From NCBI GenBank assembly GCA_020536535.1, contig JAHLWZ010000423.1:124001-188000 (forward strand): a stretch of DNA of 64,000 nucleotides, given 5' to 3'. A program made the translations under genes and the position numbers. Below the pieces are notes generated by a model. It searched no databases, was not told the origin of the DNA, and saw only the letters and a list, made by a program, of their open reading frames with translations. Below are positions 51,889 through 62,200 of this stretch, in pieces (positions within the stretch are counted from its first letter, which is position 1; each line of letters starts with the position of its first letter). This DNA is from Pelomyxa schiedti. Lineage: Eukaryota; Protista; Evosea.

Positions 51889-54270
51889 TCAGTGGGTGAA
51901 GGCCATTGAGTCCACAAATAGGGATTGAAAGGTGGGATCCCCAGCTAGTTCTACATAGTGCACTGACTTTGCCCAGCTCCTAGCCCAGTCTCTGAGTCTG
52001 TGTGACACCAGGGCGGCAGCAGCACCATCACCAGCAGCATTCCCTATTGCTCTGACTGATTGTGGGTTCAGGCACTGAGGTAGCATCCCTATGGCTGTGG
52101 CGTGGACAGGGTCTAGGTAGCTTCCAAATGCTCCGGCGAGAAGAACTTCAGATAGGGCACACCCGCAAGAGCACCGGCTGATGTTGGAGTTGGTGCCGGT
52201 GTTGAAGCTGGTATCAGAAGTCTCCTGTGGATTTTGGTGTTCAAGATTGGAGATGGAATCTGGAGGGGAGCCTGTGGTTCCGCAGTTGGCAGCCCGAAGC
52301 AGCATCATGGAACCGGCATGCAGTGCGGCTTTTGCCAACTGTATTGCGCGAATATCTCGTGTAGTTATGGTCAGTTCGTGTCCGGATGTTGTCTCGTGTG
52401 CCCAAGCAAGTACAAACTCCCCGGTGGCGGCTGTGTGCTTTCTTAATCTCGATGGGTTGTTGTCGGCTGCTGCCAAACTTACAGCTTTGTGAGTAAAGAC
52501 AAATTTTCCGGTATTGGAAAGAATCCCAACTCTTAGTAGCTCAGAAACAACTTCTATGATTCCACTTCCGCAAATTCCGGAAGCTTTCAGGGTGCTGGAT
52601 TGGCTGATATCTGATGTTTGCCAGTCTTCTCCAATTAGTTTCAATGCAACTTCTAAGTTATCACCAATTCTTACCCTTTCAATTGCACCACGAGTGGCTC
52701 TCATCCCACAAGAAATATGTGCGCCCTCAAAGGCTGGGCCTGTTGGACTTGATGCTGCAAAAACCTTCCCTTCGTGCTCCAAGACCAGCTCACAATTAGT
52801 GCCAATATCAAGTATAAGTCTCACTCCTTTGCCTTTGACATCTCCATGTAAATGGTGAACTGCAATAGCTACACCTACTGTGTCGGAACCCACATGCCCT
52901 GCAACAGCCGGAAGCCAATGTACACTTCCACATGGCGCCAAAGAAAGTCTAACTTCACTGGCAGTTGTATTGACCGGGGAACTCAAAGGAAGTGCGAAAG
53001 GGGATTGGCCAAGTTCAACTGGCGGTATTCCAAGAAATATGCTCTCCATAACTGAGTTTCCAACAAAAACAGAATCAACTATATCCTCCGAAATTTGGGT
53101 TTGTCTGTAGATGCCAGATGTATTTCTTGACTCCATAATCTCACTTTCAGCTATCCGGGATCTTGCCTCCTTTACCATAGCATTTATAGCACCTATGACA
53201 CTTGAACGAAGAGTTTCAAGGGATTCGTTGGATTTCGAGGAAAATTCCACCCTCGTCATCACGTCGTCTCCCCATGACGCCTGTGGGTTTGGTGCCCCAA
53301 CGGAGGCAACTATGGTGGCCCTGTCCAAATCGCAGAGATGAAGTGCCAGTGTTGTGGTACCAACATCAACCGCAATCCCGTAATGTGCACTCCTGACCCC
53401 GGGCAGTACTTGTACAAGCTTTACTAGGCCTCCAGTTTGCCACGGTACCTCGGCTGGTGCTAAGATGGCTGTAACAGTCCATTCCGAGCTGCGCAAAACA
53501 CTCTGCAAGCTTCTTAGCAGAGGTAAACTAGTGGAAGGAGGAGGTAACATTTTTAAACCATGCTGCTGCAACACCGCATTGGCCAGCCTCTCAGAATCAC
53601 CACCAGAATTAATATCCTCAAGCGTAGGAGCCTTCAATCTGACCACTTTTTTCAATACCCTCGGCTCCTCCTCACTCCTCCCACTTGCAGCGGCCTGAGT
53701 AGCAGCCTCGGCAGTAGCAGATACAACTTTACAAGATACATGTTGGATAGTCCCAGGAGTATCACATCCCGCAGAATCCACTCTGTGTTCCGATCCCATA
53801 ACCGAATCCGAGGAGTTCGCCGAACTGCTAATACGGCCGACAGAAGTAGGCGCGCCATTCTCAGCACAACGACCGCCGAGAGTGGCGCCGCAGACATCGA
53901 CGACCAAAGTCTCCACATCTGGCGGCACGGTCATGCAGCACCCGAGCCTCAGCACCCCCTCGCTCGTGGCCCCGCTCTTGTGCCTCGCCCCCAGGTGCTC
54001 CTCCTCTGCGGGCGTCAGCACCGCCACACCCCCGATCCCGTGGGCGCTTGCACTTGGGGAGGAGGAGGAGGGGCCCTGGGGCGAGAGGACGCGGAGGAGG
54101 CACTTGCCGCAGCGGCCCCGGCCGCCGCAGGGCAGAAGCAAGTCGATCCCCGCGGCCTTGGCCACCGCCACCAGAGGGTCCCCGGGTTGGGCTTGCGCCC
54201 TTAGGCCGGAGGGCTGGAACACCACCGAAACCCGGCACAGCGACATTTTTTTTTTTGATGGGTCATTCAC
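51889..54270 (-). CDS. Reductive activator of corrinoid proteins (RACo; [2Fe-2S] ferredoxin + ASKHA ATPase, DUF4445), intronless
   Basis: PCGGRGRCGKC...RLGC ferredoxin; YGIAVDVGTTT, GDDVMTR, LDIGTNCEL, GPAFEG, GICGSGII, DIRAIQLAKAA, LAGAFGSY and GNAAGDG. An alternative start is ATG at 54246. Confidence 0.93.
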   Translation of the reverse strand: MNDPSKKKMSLCRVSVVFQPSGLRAQAQPGDPLVAVAKAAGIDLLLPCGGRGRCGKCLLRVLSPQGPSSSSPSASAHGIGGVAVLTPAEEEHLGARHKSGATSEGVLRLGCCMTVPPDVETLVVDVCGATLGGRCAENGAPTSVGRISSSANSSDSVMGSEHRVDSAGCDTPGTIQHVSCKVVSATAEAATQAAASGRSEEEPRVLKKVVRLKAPTLEDINSGGDSERLANAVLQQHGLKMLPPPSTSLPLLRSLQSVLRSSEWTVTAILAPAEVPWQTGGLVKLVQVLPGVRSAHYGIAVDVGTTTLALHLCDLDRATIVASVGAPNPQASWGDDVMTRVEFSSKSNESLETLRSSVIGAINAMVKEARSRIAESEIMESRNTSGIYRQTQISEDIVDSVFVGNSVMESIFLGIPPVELGQSPFALPLSSPVNTTASEVRLSLAPCGSVHWLPAVAGHVGSDTVGVAIAVHHLHGDVKGKGVRLILDIGTNCELVLEHEGKVFAASSPTGPAFEGAHISCGMRATRGAIERVRIGDNLEVALKLIGEDWQTSDISQSSTLKASGICGSGIIEVVSELLRVGILSNTGKFVFTHKAVSLAAADNNPSRLRKHTAATGEFVLAWAHETTSGHELTITTRDIRAIQLAKAALHAGSMMLLRAANCGTTGSPPDSISNLEHQNPQETSDTSFNTGTNSNISRCSCGCALSEVLLAGAFGSYLDPVHATAIGMLPQCLNPQSVRAIGNAAGDGAAAALVSHRLRDWARSWAKSVHYVELAGDPTFQSLFVDSMAFTH

Positions 54271-54292
54271 GGAAGCAACCTATGGGTAAGCT

Positions 54293-54411
54293 TGTTCTAG
54301 TGTACCTGAGAGTGCTTCTCCCCCCAAAGTCCGTACACAACGAGGTACCTTCTTCTTCAGAGGTCCTTCAAGTGAGAGCTACTTGAGGCAAGCTTGAAAG
54401 CAACTAGGTCA
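54293..54411. ncRNA. Candidate structured intergenic element C
   Basis: CTAGT/ACTAG closing stem; GTAC/GTAC arm with GAGA/TCTC; ACCT/AGGT; CTTCAAGT/ACTTGAGG. Confidence 0.35.
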
Positions 54412-54485
54412 GTTCCGAAAAAAAGCTTTTGGTTTTGTTCTAACCACAACAGACAAAAAAAAAAAAGCAAACAACTGTAAGTGCA

Positions 54486-57018
54486 ATGTCAGACGCGCAG
54501 GAGCCACCAAACAAGCGACCCCGTTCCAGTACTAGTGATGGCGGTGCCGGAACTACAATGTCAACAAGGCCTACAACATCCACATCATCCACCACGTCGA
54601 CAAGTGCTCGCTCTTCATTGGCGTCACCCAATGGTATTTTCTTCTTATTCATGTCTTTTTTTTTTTGATTAAGCTTGCGAATTAACAATTTTGGAGATTT
54701 GGATTCTAGCCCACACCTGTTGGCCGATTGCACACTGTGCCACAAGAAATTCAACGTTGAGATTCCCCCTATGTTGTTGTCACCATGTGGTCACACAGTG
54801 TGTTCTGTGTGCTGGGCAAGTGCATCAAGGAAAAACCCTCGTGTGTGCCCAGTGTGCAGGGTCGAGGTCTCAGTGTTCAAGAAGAACGAGATTGCATCAA
54901 ACTTGCTTGAGCTTTTACAGGCTGTGGGGTGTGGAACGAGCTCTGCTTCTTCACATAACGCCAATGATACAACAAAGTGCGAGGAGTGCAAAACGAATGA
55001 AGCCACTGTCTGGTGTAAAGCTGAGGAAATTGCTCTATGCTCTAGTTGTGATTCTGGGCTACACCGGTCACAAGTCCGCAAGTTGCATGAGAGAGTCCCT
55101 TTCGAAACCTCCATGAACCCAAAGCGAGCTGGGACGGAACCAAAGTGCCCACTGCACCCAAAGAAAGATCTTGATTTGTGGTGTGAAAGTGACAAGGTGT
55201 GTGCATATATTACAATTAATTTTTATGTTTTATTCTCATTTCATGTATACAAATAGGAGCTTTGTTGCCTTCTGTGCAAAGAAGAGAGCCACAAAAACCA
55301 TACGATCCTGCTCCGGGACGATGCTCATCGCGGAGCTATGGAGACAATGACACAAACGTCAGAGAAAATCAAGAAAGTAATTAAGTCCCCAGGTTGGAAA
55401 GTTGTGGAAGATACTGCAACCCTCAATCAATTGAGGGCTGATGTGAGAGGCACCAGAGACACTATTGAGACTTTATTTTCCCGTTTTATCGAACAACTGC
55501 ATAATCGAAAGGCTGTGATTCTTAGGCAACTTGCGGCAATGGAAGAAAATTTAGTGCATGAACTCACTGGTTTTCCAGGTCATACTCTGATTTGTTTTCC
55601 TTTAACTGATAAAACAAAAAATAGCTGAAATGGTGTTCAGAAAAGAAAAATTCCAAGAAATCGATGATGCAATAGGATACCTCAAGGGGTGTGACAATAA
55701 TTTTTCAGTGTTGCAGATGCTCTCCCTCCTTAAAGAGAAGGAATGTGCCAAGAAAAGTGGGGATCTTGGAGTCGGAGACTTTCTTGGTGAAGCACAAAAA
55801 GCCCTGCCGAAGGCAGTGGAACTGGGCAAGCTGAACTTTGTGGCTGACATCAAGGCACTGGAAGATACCATTTCTAATTTCGGGCTCTTTGTCTTTCCTT
55901 CTTTGAAATTGGAGTGTATTGCTCATGGCACAACAGCCGTACTCACATTCAAGCCGACAGCACCTCCCGTCAAGAACCCAGATTTCCGGTACTCATATCA
56001 ATGCGAGTTATTATGTGGAACGGAAGTTGTACAACATTGGACTGCTACCGGCGGCAGTAGTCAACTTGAGGAACTTGAACCAGATAGAGAATTCGTTGTG
56101 CGGGTGAGAATGATCATTGGGAATCTCGATCATCTGGGAAACCAACCACATAATGCTTCCGGGTGGATACAGACCAGTTTCTCTACGCAGCCACGCAAAG
56201 CCTTCACAACACCAGGCCAACACACATTCACAGTTCCAGCCGGCGTGAGATCCATCAACGCCACTGTGATTGGAGGTGGTGGTGCTGGCGGATCCTGGTG
56301 CAGCAGCAAGCCACAGACAGGGACTGATGGAGGTGATTCAATGATTGAGGGGATTGTCACAGCCGGAGGTGGAAAAGCAGGAAGCTCCCAGCCAGGCGGC
56401 AGCAAGGGTGGAAAAGGAACAACAGCAAACGGTGGTGATGGCGGAAAATCTGCTGAGGATGGCACCAGTGGGTCACATGGAGGTGGTGGTGGTGCCGGTG
56501 GGGAGAATGGTGGATCTGACACAGGAGCACTATGTTACAGGAAGCTAGGTGGGGCAACGGACTGGAAGTATGCCGGCAGTGGTGGGCATGGAAGGGGAGG
56601 AGTAGAGCGTGGCAGGAAGAACTCCTCAAGTTCTGGTCAAGCTTCCTGCAAGCCACATGAAAAAAGGGTGGGTGGATTTCCAGGGTGGAACTATGGTGGT
56701 GGAGGGGGAGGGGCATTCAGCTGTGGTGGGGGTGGCGGTGGTTATTCTTCAGTGAAGAGGCACAGAGTCACTCCCGGGGAGAGACTGAACATCGTTGTTG
56801 GTGAAGGTGGGAAGCAGGCAAAGGGGGAGGATAGTACTCGGGAGGGTGGGCCAGGTGGTTGTGGCTTTGTCTTGATCTCTTGGGCCTCCACACGTGGAGA
56901 GGGCAGCATGGAGGAGAGTAGTGACAGTAGTGACAGCGACAGCAATGACAGTGCCAGTGGGAGTGGGAGTGGGAGTGGCAGTGGCAGTGGGAGTGGGAGT
57001 GACAGTGACAGTGAGTGA
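54486..57018 (+). CDS. TRIM-like protein: RING, two B-boxes, coiled coil, FN3-like and glycine-rich domain
   Basis: RING CTLC..CGHTVCSVC..CPVC; B-boxes CEEC..C..CSSCD..H..H and CPLH..WCESD; FN3-like LEPDREFVVRVR; Gly-rich FTTPGQHTFTVPAGVRSINATVIGGGGAGG..GGCGFVLISW; SG/SD tail. Confidence 0.88.
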
Positions 57019-57114
57019 ACCAATGTTTCATTACTCCCTGTACAGCATTTAAATTTAAGAAATGTGTTGCTTGCATGTTATTGCACCTTCTTAGAAATAG
57101 AACTTTAGATGATC

Positions 57115-57287
57115 AACATGATGGCAAAAGAAGGTTATTCGAATTTCCATTGGGATTTGATTCCAGGCCATTGGAACGTAGCCCGCGTGGTATTCATGCC
57201 ATTGTTTGTGAACCTAGCTAATTTGTGTTCTGCGCACTGGACAAAGAATACACCTGTGTGCGGGGTATTCATGTGCGCATGCACTAG
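57115..57287. ncRNA. Candidate structured intergenic element I
   Basis: Domain 1: ATGGCA/TGCCAT enclosing TTCCA/TGGAA. Domain 2: CTAG/CTAG, TGCGCAC/GTGCGCA and GAATAC/GTATTC nested. Confidence 0.35.
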
Positions 57288-57372
57288 TTGTTGTGTGCTC
57301 GGTACCGGAACGCTGTCATTTTCGTTATCGTCGCTCAGGATCGGCGGTCTGGTGTTTTTGTTATTATGTACT

Positions 57373-58355
57373 GTTCATGGCACAACAGCCACACTCTCCA
57401 TAGTAAAGAAGAAAGAAGGTCATGTCAAGAACCCAGATTTCAAGTATTCATACCAGTGTGAGCTGCTACGTGGCACTAAAGTGATCCGACGTTGGACTAC
57501 TGGAAAATTAATATATATAATGCACAACCTGGCTCCAGATAGAGATTTCGTTGTGCGGGTGAGAATGATCATTGGGAGTTCAGAACATTGAAAGGCAAAC
57601 GACATAACTCTTCTGGATGGACCGAGACCAGCTTCAATACACAGCCACGCAAAGCCTTCACAACACCAGGCAAATACACTTTCACAGTTCCAGCCGGCGT
57701 GCGATCCATCGACGCCATCGTGATTGGAGGTGGTGGTGCCGGTGGATCCTGGGGCTACGGCAAGCCACAGACAGGGACTGATGGAGGTGATTCAATGATT
57801 GATGGAATTATCTTAGCCGGAGGTGGAAAAGCAGGAAGCTCCCAGCCAGGCGGCAGCAAGGGTGGAAAAGGAACAACAGCAAACGGTGGTGATGGCGGAA
57901 AATCTGCCGAGGATTGCACCAGTGGGTCACATGGCGGTGGTGGTGCGGCTGGTGGGCAGGACGGTGCAGCAGATACAGAAGCGGTCAAATTCAGGAAGAG
58001 AGGTGGTGCAGCAAATCGAGAATATGCCGGGTGTGGTGGGAATGGAAGGGGGGAAGGAGACCGTGGCAGGAGGAAAACCTCTCTCTCTGGTGACGGTGCC
58101 TGCAGTCCAGCAGAAGATAAGAGCAGTGGGGGGCAACCAGGGTGGAAGTATGGAGGGGGAGGGGGAGGTTCATTCAGCTGCGGTGGGGGTGGTGGCGGCT
58201 ACTCCACCGTGGACAATTACCCTGTGGCTCCCGGTCAGGTTCTCAACATTGTTGTTGGTGTGGGTGGGCAGCCGGCCAGCACCTTCGAGGATTTCACAGG
58301 TGGACCAGGCGGTGGTGGATTTGTTTTGCTCACTTGGACCTCCACACGCACTTGA
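57373..58355 (+). pseudogene. Partial tandem duplicate of the FN3 + Gly-rich part of the TRIM-like gene, with a 1-nt frameshift
   Basis: Colinear with about 55921-56890. CAT-TG-AAA at 57586-57593 (paralog CAT CTG GGA) creates TGA at 57589-57591. RING/B-box exons are absent. Confidence 0.7.
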
Positions 58356-58467
58356 TGAATCCAGTTTTGGCTGTGGTCTGTCCCTTACGAGAAAAATTTT
58401 TCAAATTATTTTTGGCACTTTTTTAGAAATGACTCCTCGGAACCAGAAAAGATTGCTCTAAAACACT

Positions 58468-58572
58468 GTGGAGATTCACTGTGAGAAGTGATGTAGTTAA
58501 TGCTGTTCACGCAGGGTTGTGTTGTTGCGACACCCGCAGCACCTTGTCCTTCATCACTGGCTTCAGGTCCAC
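58468..58572. ncRNA. Candidate structured intergenic element H
   Basis: Nested GTGGA/TCCAC, AGTGATG/CATCACT, TGCTG/CAGCA and GGGT/ACCC. Ends about 28 nt before ATG 58600. Confidence 0.35.
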
Positions 58573-58599
58573 TTTTAACGTCCATCAAAAAATTTGGGG

Positions 58600-59109
58600 A
58601 TGAGTGGCATAAAGTTCGGTCACTTCTGCATCATCGGGCGCAACATCGACGCCCTGGCGGTGTTCTACACCCGCGCCCTGGGCTGCTTCGAGCTCCCCAC
58701 GGGCGGCACGGCCGAAGCAGTGGGCGAGTGGGCCGACGAGGTCACCGGCCTGCCGGGCTGCCACATGCGCCTCAGGTTTCTGGGCCTCCCCGACGGCGGC
58801 CTCCCCCGCGGCGCCAGCGGCTCCCCCGGCGCCCCCACCATCGAGCTGATCGAGTTCAGCGGCCCCCAGAGGGTCGTCGACGCCAACAACTCGAGCGCCG
58901 CGGCCCACGGCACCGTCCCTCCTTGCGCCCTGGGGCTTAGGCACGTGGCGTTTGTGGTCGACGACCTCGCCGCTGCTGTGAAGAATGTGCTCGACAATGG
59001 GGGCACCCAGATGGGCCCGCTGGCTTCCCCTCCAGAGGCAAAGTTCAAGCTTGTCTACTGCCGTGACCCAGAGGGAAACATTGTGGAGCTTATGCAGCTA
59101 CTTCCATGA
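58600..59109 (+). CDS. VOC/glyoxalase-superfamily metalloprotein, intronless
   Basis: FGHFCI..FYTRALG, IELIEF, GLRHVAFVVDDL and YCRDPEGNIVEL (H/E/H/E metal ligands). Confidence 0.92.
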   Translation: MSGIKFGHFCIIGRNIDALAVFYTRALGCFELPTGGTAEAVGEWADEVTGLPGCHMRLRFLGLPDGGLPRGASGSPGAPTIELIEFSGPQRVVDANNSSAAAHGTVPPCALGLRHVAFVVDDLAAAVKNVLDNGGTQMGPLASPPEAKFKLVYCRDPEGNIVELMQLLP

Positions 59110-59290
59110 GGGAATAAAAGAAGAAACGATGTGGCGTTTTGGGGTTCTTTTTTTTTTTTGTCTTTGTTTGTTTGCTACAGTGTTGGGTGCCAATGCCACC
59201 TTTTTTTTGTTTTGTGTTCCCATTCATTATTCCTGACTGGGGTTTATTTTGTTGGTGTTGTAGTTGGTGTTAGGAGTTGTCTGGCTGTTG

Positions 59291-62200
59291 TTAGGAGAGG
59301 TAGTCACTGAGGTTTTCCTTGCCAAGAACTTGTTGCATTACATTGGTAAGTTGCTTGGCTGCAGTTGCCACATCATGGGATGTGTCCTCCATCACCTCTG
59401 ATACAAACGGCAGAGTTTCCGGAAGCAGAGGTAGCATAGCAAGTCCCATTTTGCGCCACACCTTCCTAGCACACTGAAGTGCACCGCAGCGCACGTCGGC
59501 GACAGGAGAGCGAGTCCCCATCAGTATTTTGTAGTTCAATGGTTTCACGAACAAGTCTTTGTTCAGAGCCACAGCGAGATCACTGACGCAGGGTGAGAGG
59601 TGTTTGTCAATGAGCTCCACATAGTCCTCCCTCTTGCCGCAGAGAGCAGGAATTCTCCCGGCGCCGACGGGTGCAGCATAATCCACAACCTTGATGACCG
59701 CAAGTAGCCGTTCTATCTGGCCTGGGTTGGTGAATGTATGATCTGTGTCATGCTGGAAACAAAGAGCAAGCGCGTCAAGGATGCACGCTGCAGTGGAAAC
59801 GTGCAAGTGGCGGGCATAAGTGTCCTTCTCTTCCCTGCTTACTTCTTCTTTGGACCTCTTAAGAGGCTTGGAAAGGGTTAACGCGGGTAAAGCCTCATCA
59901 CCGAGTGTTTTGAACGAAGTCGGTGCAAGGAGTAATAGAGCATCTTCCATGAAATAGGAGAAGTAAGGTACAAAAAGAGCTTTGAGATTAGATGCAAGCT
60001 CTGTGATAAACCGGAAGTAGTAAAGAATTTGTTGGTAGGACCTTGCTTCCACAGCAACATGCAAGCTCTTGTTAATCTATATTAAAGCTGGTTAGTTTTT
60101 TTTTTTTTTTTTGCGAATTTATTGACCTTTTGGAAAACGGGATTGAAGTTGGCTTCACTTTGTTTTAGAATAAGCTTCATGAATGCGCCAATACAACTTC
60201 TTTCAAGTGATTCTAGAGCTTTCTCTTGCTCTTCTCTCAAACACTCTTCATTTGTGATGCTGGGGAGTAACTGGTTCACATCAAGAGCAAGCAAGGAAAA
60301 ATTTATGATTGTGTCAGCGAATGACTTGGTGTCCGCTGTTGAAAACGATGATACGATGTGCCCCACAAATTGAAAAAGGGCTTCAAGGGATTTGGACGAA
60401 TTGTGTGCCCGCCTATCGGTGAAAATTTTTATCAGGGAAGGTATGATTTGTCGCAGTGGTAATGATGACATGCACGCATCTTGATACTTAAAGAGGGCAT
60501 CAAGGACCTTTTAGAAATTGTTAGCCTATTTTGTTCTTTTTTTTTAATTAGTTGAAGAGAATTACATCTGGTGTGCTGTCAACCAAAAGCTCCGGGTGAA
60601 GAGAGATGGATAGGAGTTCAACGAGATATGGGCTCATGAAAGAGGACATTTTTCTTACGATAACTTGTAGTGCCGATAGACATGCTATTCTCTGTACCAC
60701 AGTGGAGTCGTACATTTCTTTGCTATCAACAACGGTAGACAACTTCACATCACAAAGGGTTTTCACGCGGTTCAGGAGGAGAGGGACATAGTCTTTCAAA
60801 TGCACCAAGGTTTTCTTTCCGAGTGTCTCAACAAAGCTAGAGAGACACAGTATGGCACTGGATTCCACAGCCTCCTCCTTTGCTAAATCTTGCTTGGTGG
60901 CTGGTTCACTTGTATTCGTTTTCAACTTTTTAGTGGTGGGCTTTGTGGGTTCAGCCTTGCAGCACAAACAAGAAATAACATCCGCAAAAATGTCGGAGAA
61001 TTGTTGACTATAGGAAGACCCAAAGTTACGCACAAGAATCTCTAAGACCATGAGTGCGGTCTGCTTTGTATATGGATTATCACTTGACAATATTTCAACA
61101 ACATCACCTAGAAGACCTTCTTTGTGAAGAAAAGCACTTGCTTCCTCTTGTGTCAGCTCACCCTCCACCTCCTGCAACTTTTCATTCAACAGGATAAGGG
61201 CTGTGTCTCGCAGACAACTTTGTTCATGCCGTAAAAGCTTGCTTATGCTGACAATGAACAAGGGGACAGAGAGTAGTTCGTTGAGATTTTTAAGGACATT
61301 CCGCACAGAGACCTGAATAACCTCTGTATGCCCCGTGTTTTTGGCTTGATGGGAGTCGATGTCACTTTTTTCCTCCAGCAACTCTACTAATATTTGTAAC
61401 AATTCATGGAACTGTTCCTGTAGTTTGGGCTGATCCACCAGTGGTAATTTGATGATTTGCTCAACAAATTCCTCTGTGGCCAGATGATTACTCACAAATG
61501 TTAGGCAGCACAGTTGTAAAAACTGCCAGTACTTGGTGTCAGATTGTGGAATGCCACAGTAATTTTTGAGTATTGAGGGCTTCTCTGTTAGGGCGTAATT
61601 CGCAAGGCTGGAAAGCTGGACAAGCGCTTGTGCAACTTGAACAACAGGATAGGTGAAGCACAGTGAGTGGCAAAATAAAGGAATTTGAATCTTTTTAGGT
61701 TCCGATCTGGTTGCTGTTGCGTATTTACTGGCAGCTGGTGTTTCAGAGACAACGAAGAAAGAAATAAAGGAAGCTAGCACGCTGCTTAGTCCGTCAGTGC
61801 CAAGTGAGGTAATCAACTTTGTGAAAAGGGGCATCTTGTGCTTTTCTGGAATTTTATCAAAGCTGCTTGTGATCATATTAACCAATTTGAAGGGCCCCTT
61901 TCCATAAATGAGCATCGGGGGTATTAAAAATTCAATTGCATTTAGAAGAGTTCGGGATGAATCGCCATCTTCTCGGGTATGGGCCAGGGTTCCCAACACA
62001 TCGATTACTTGCTCAAGATGGGGTTCAACCAAAGCAGGATTGAAGGACGCTACTTGCCCCAGTAATAACAAAATTTGGTTCTGCATGTGCTGTGTGTGAC
62101 ACTTCCCCAATACGTGCATAAGAAGGCTCATATCAAACACAGAAGAGAGTTCTTGGGACACAGAGTTGCCCTGGGAGGGTGTGCTCTTTCTCTTGCTCTT

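Noticed and set aside
54300-54370. Glycine-riboswitch-like words (ACCTCTG, ACTCTCAGG) on the minus strand, and a TPP-like CTGAGA on the plus strand
   Set aside because: The other required elements (GGAGA, CCGAAG and the P1 partner; the TPP ACCTGAT core) are absent.
57586-57594. TGA as possible selenocysteine or readthrough codon
   Set aside because: Homology to the paralog continues in a different frame, so this is a frameshift and not an in-frame stop.
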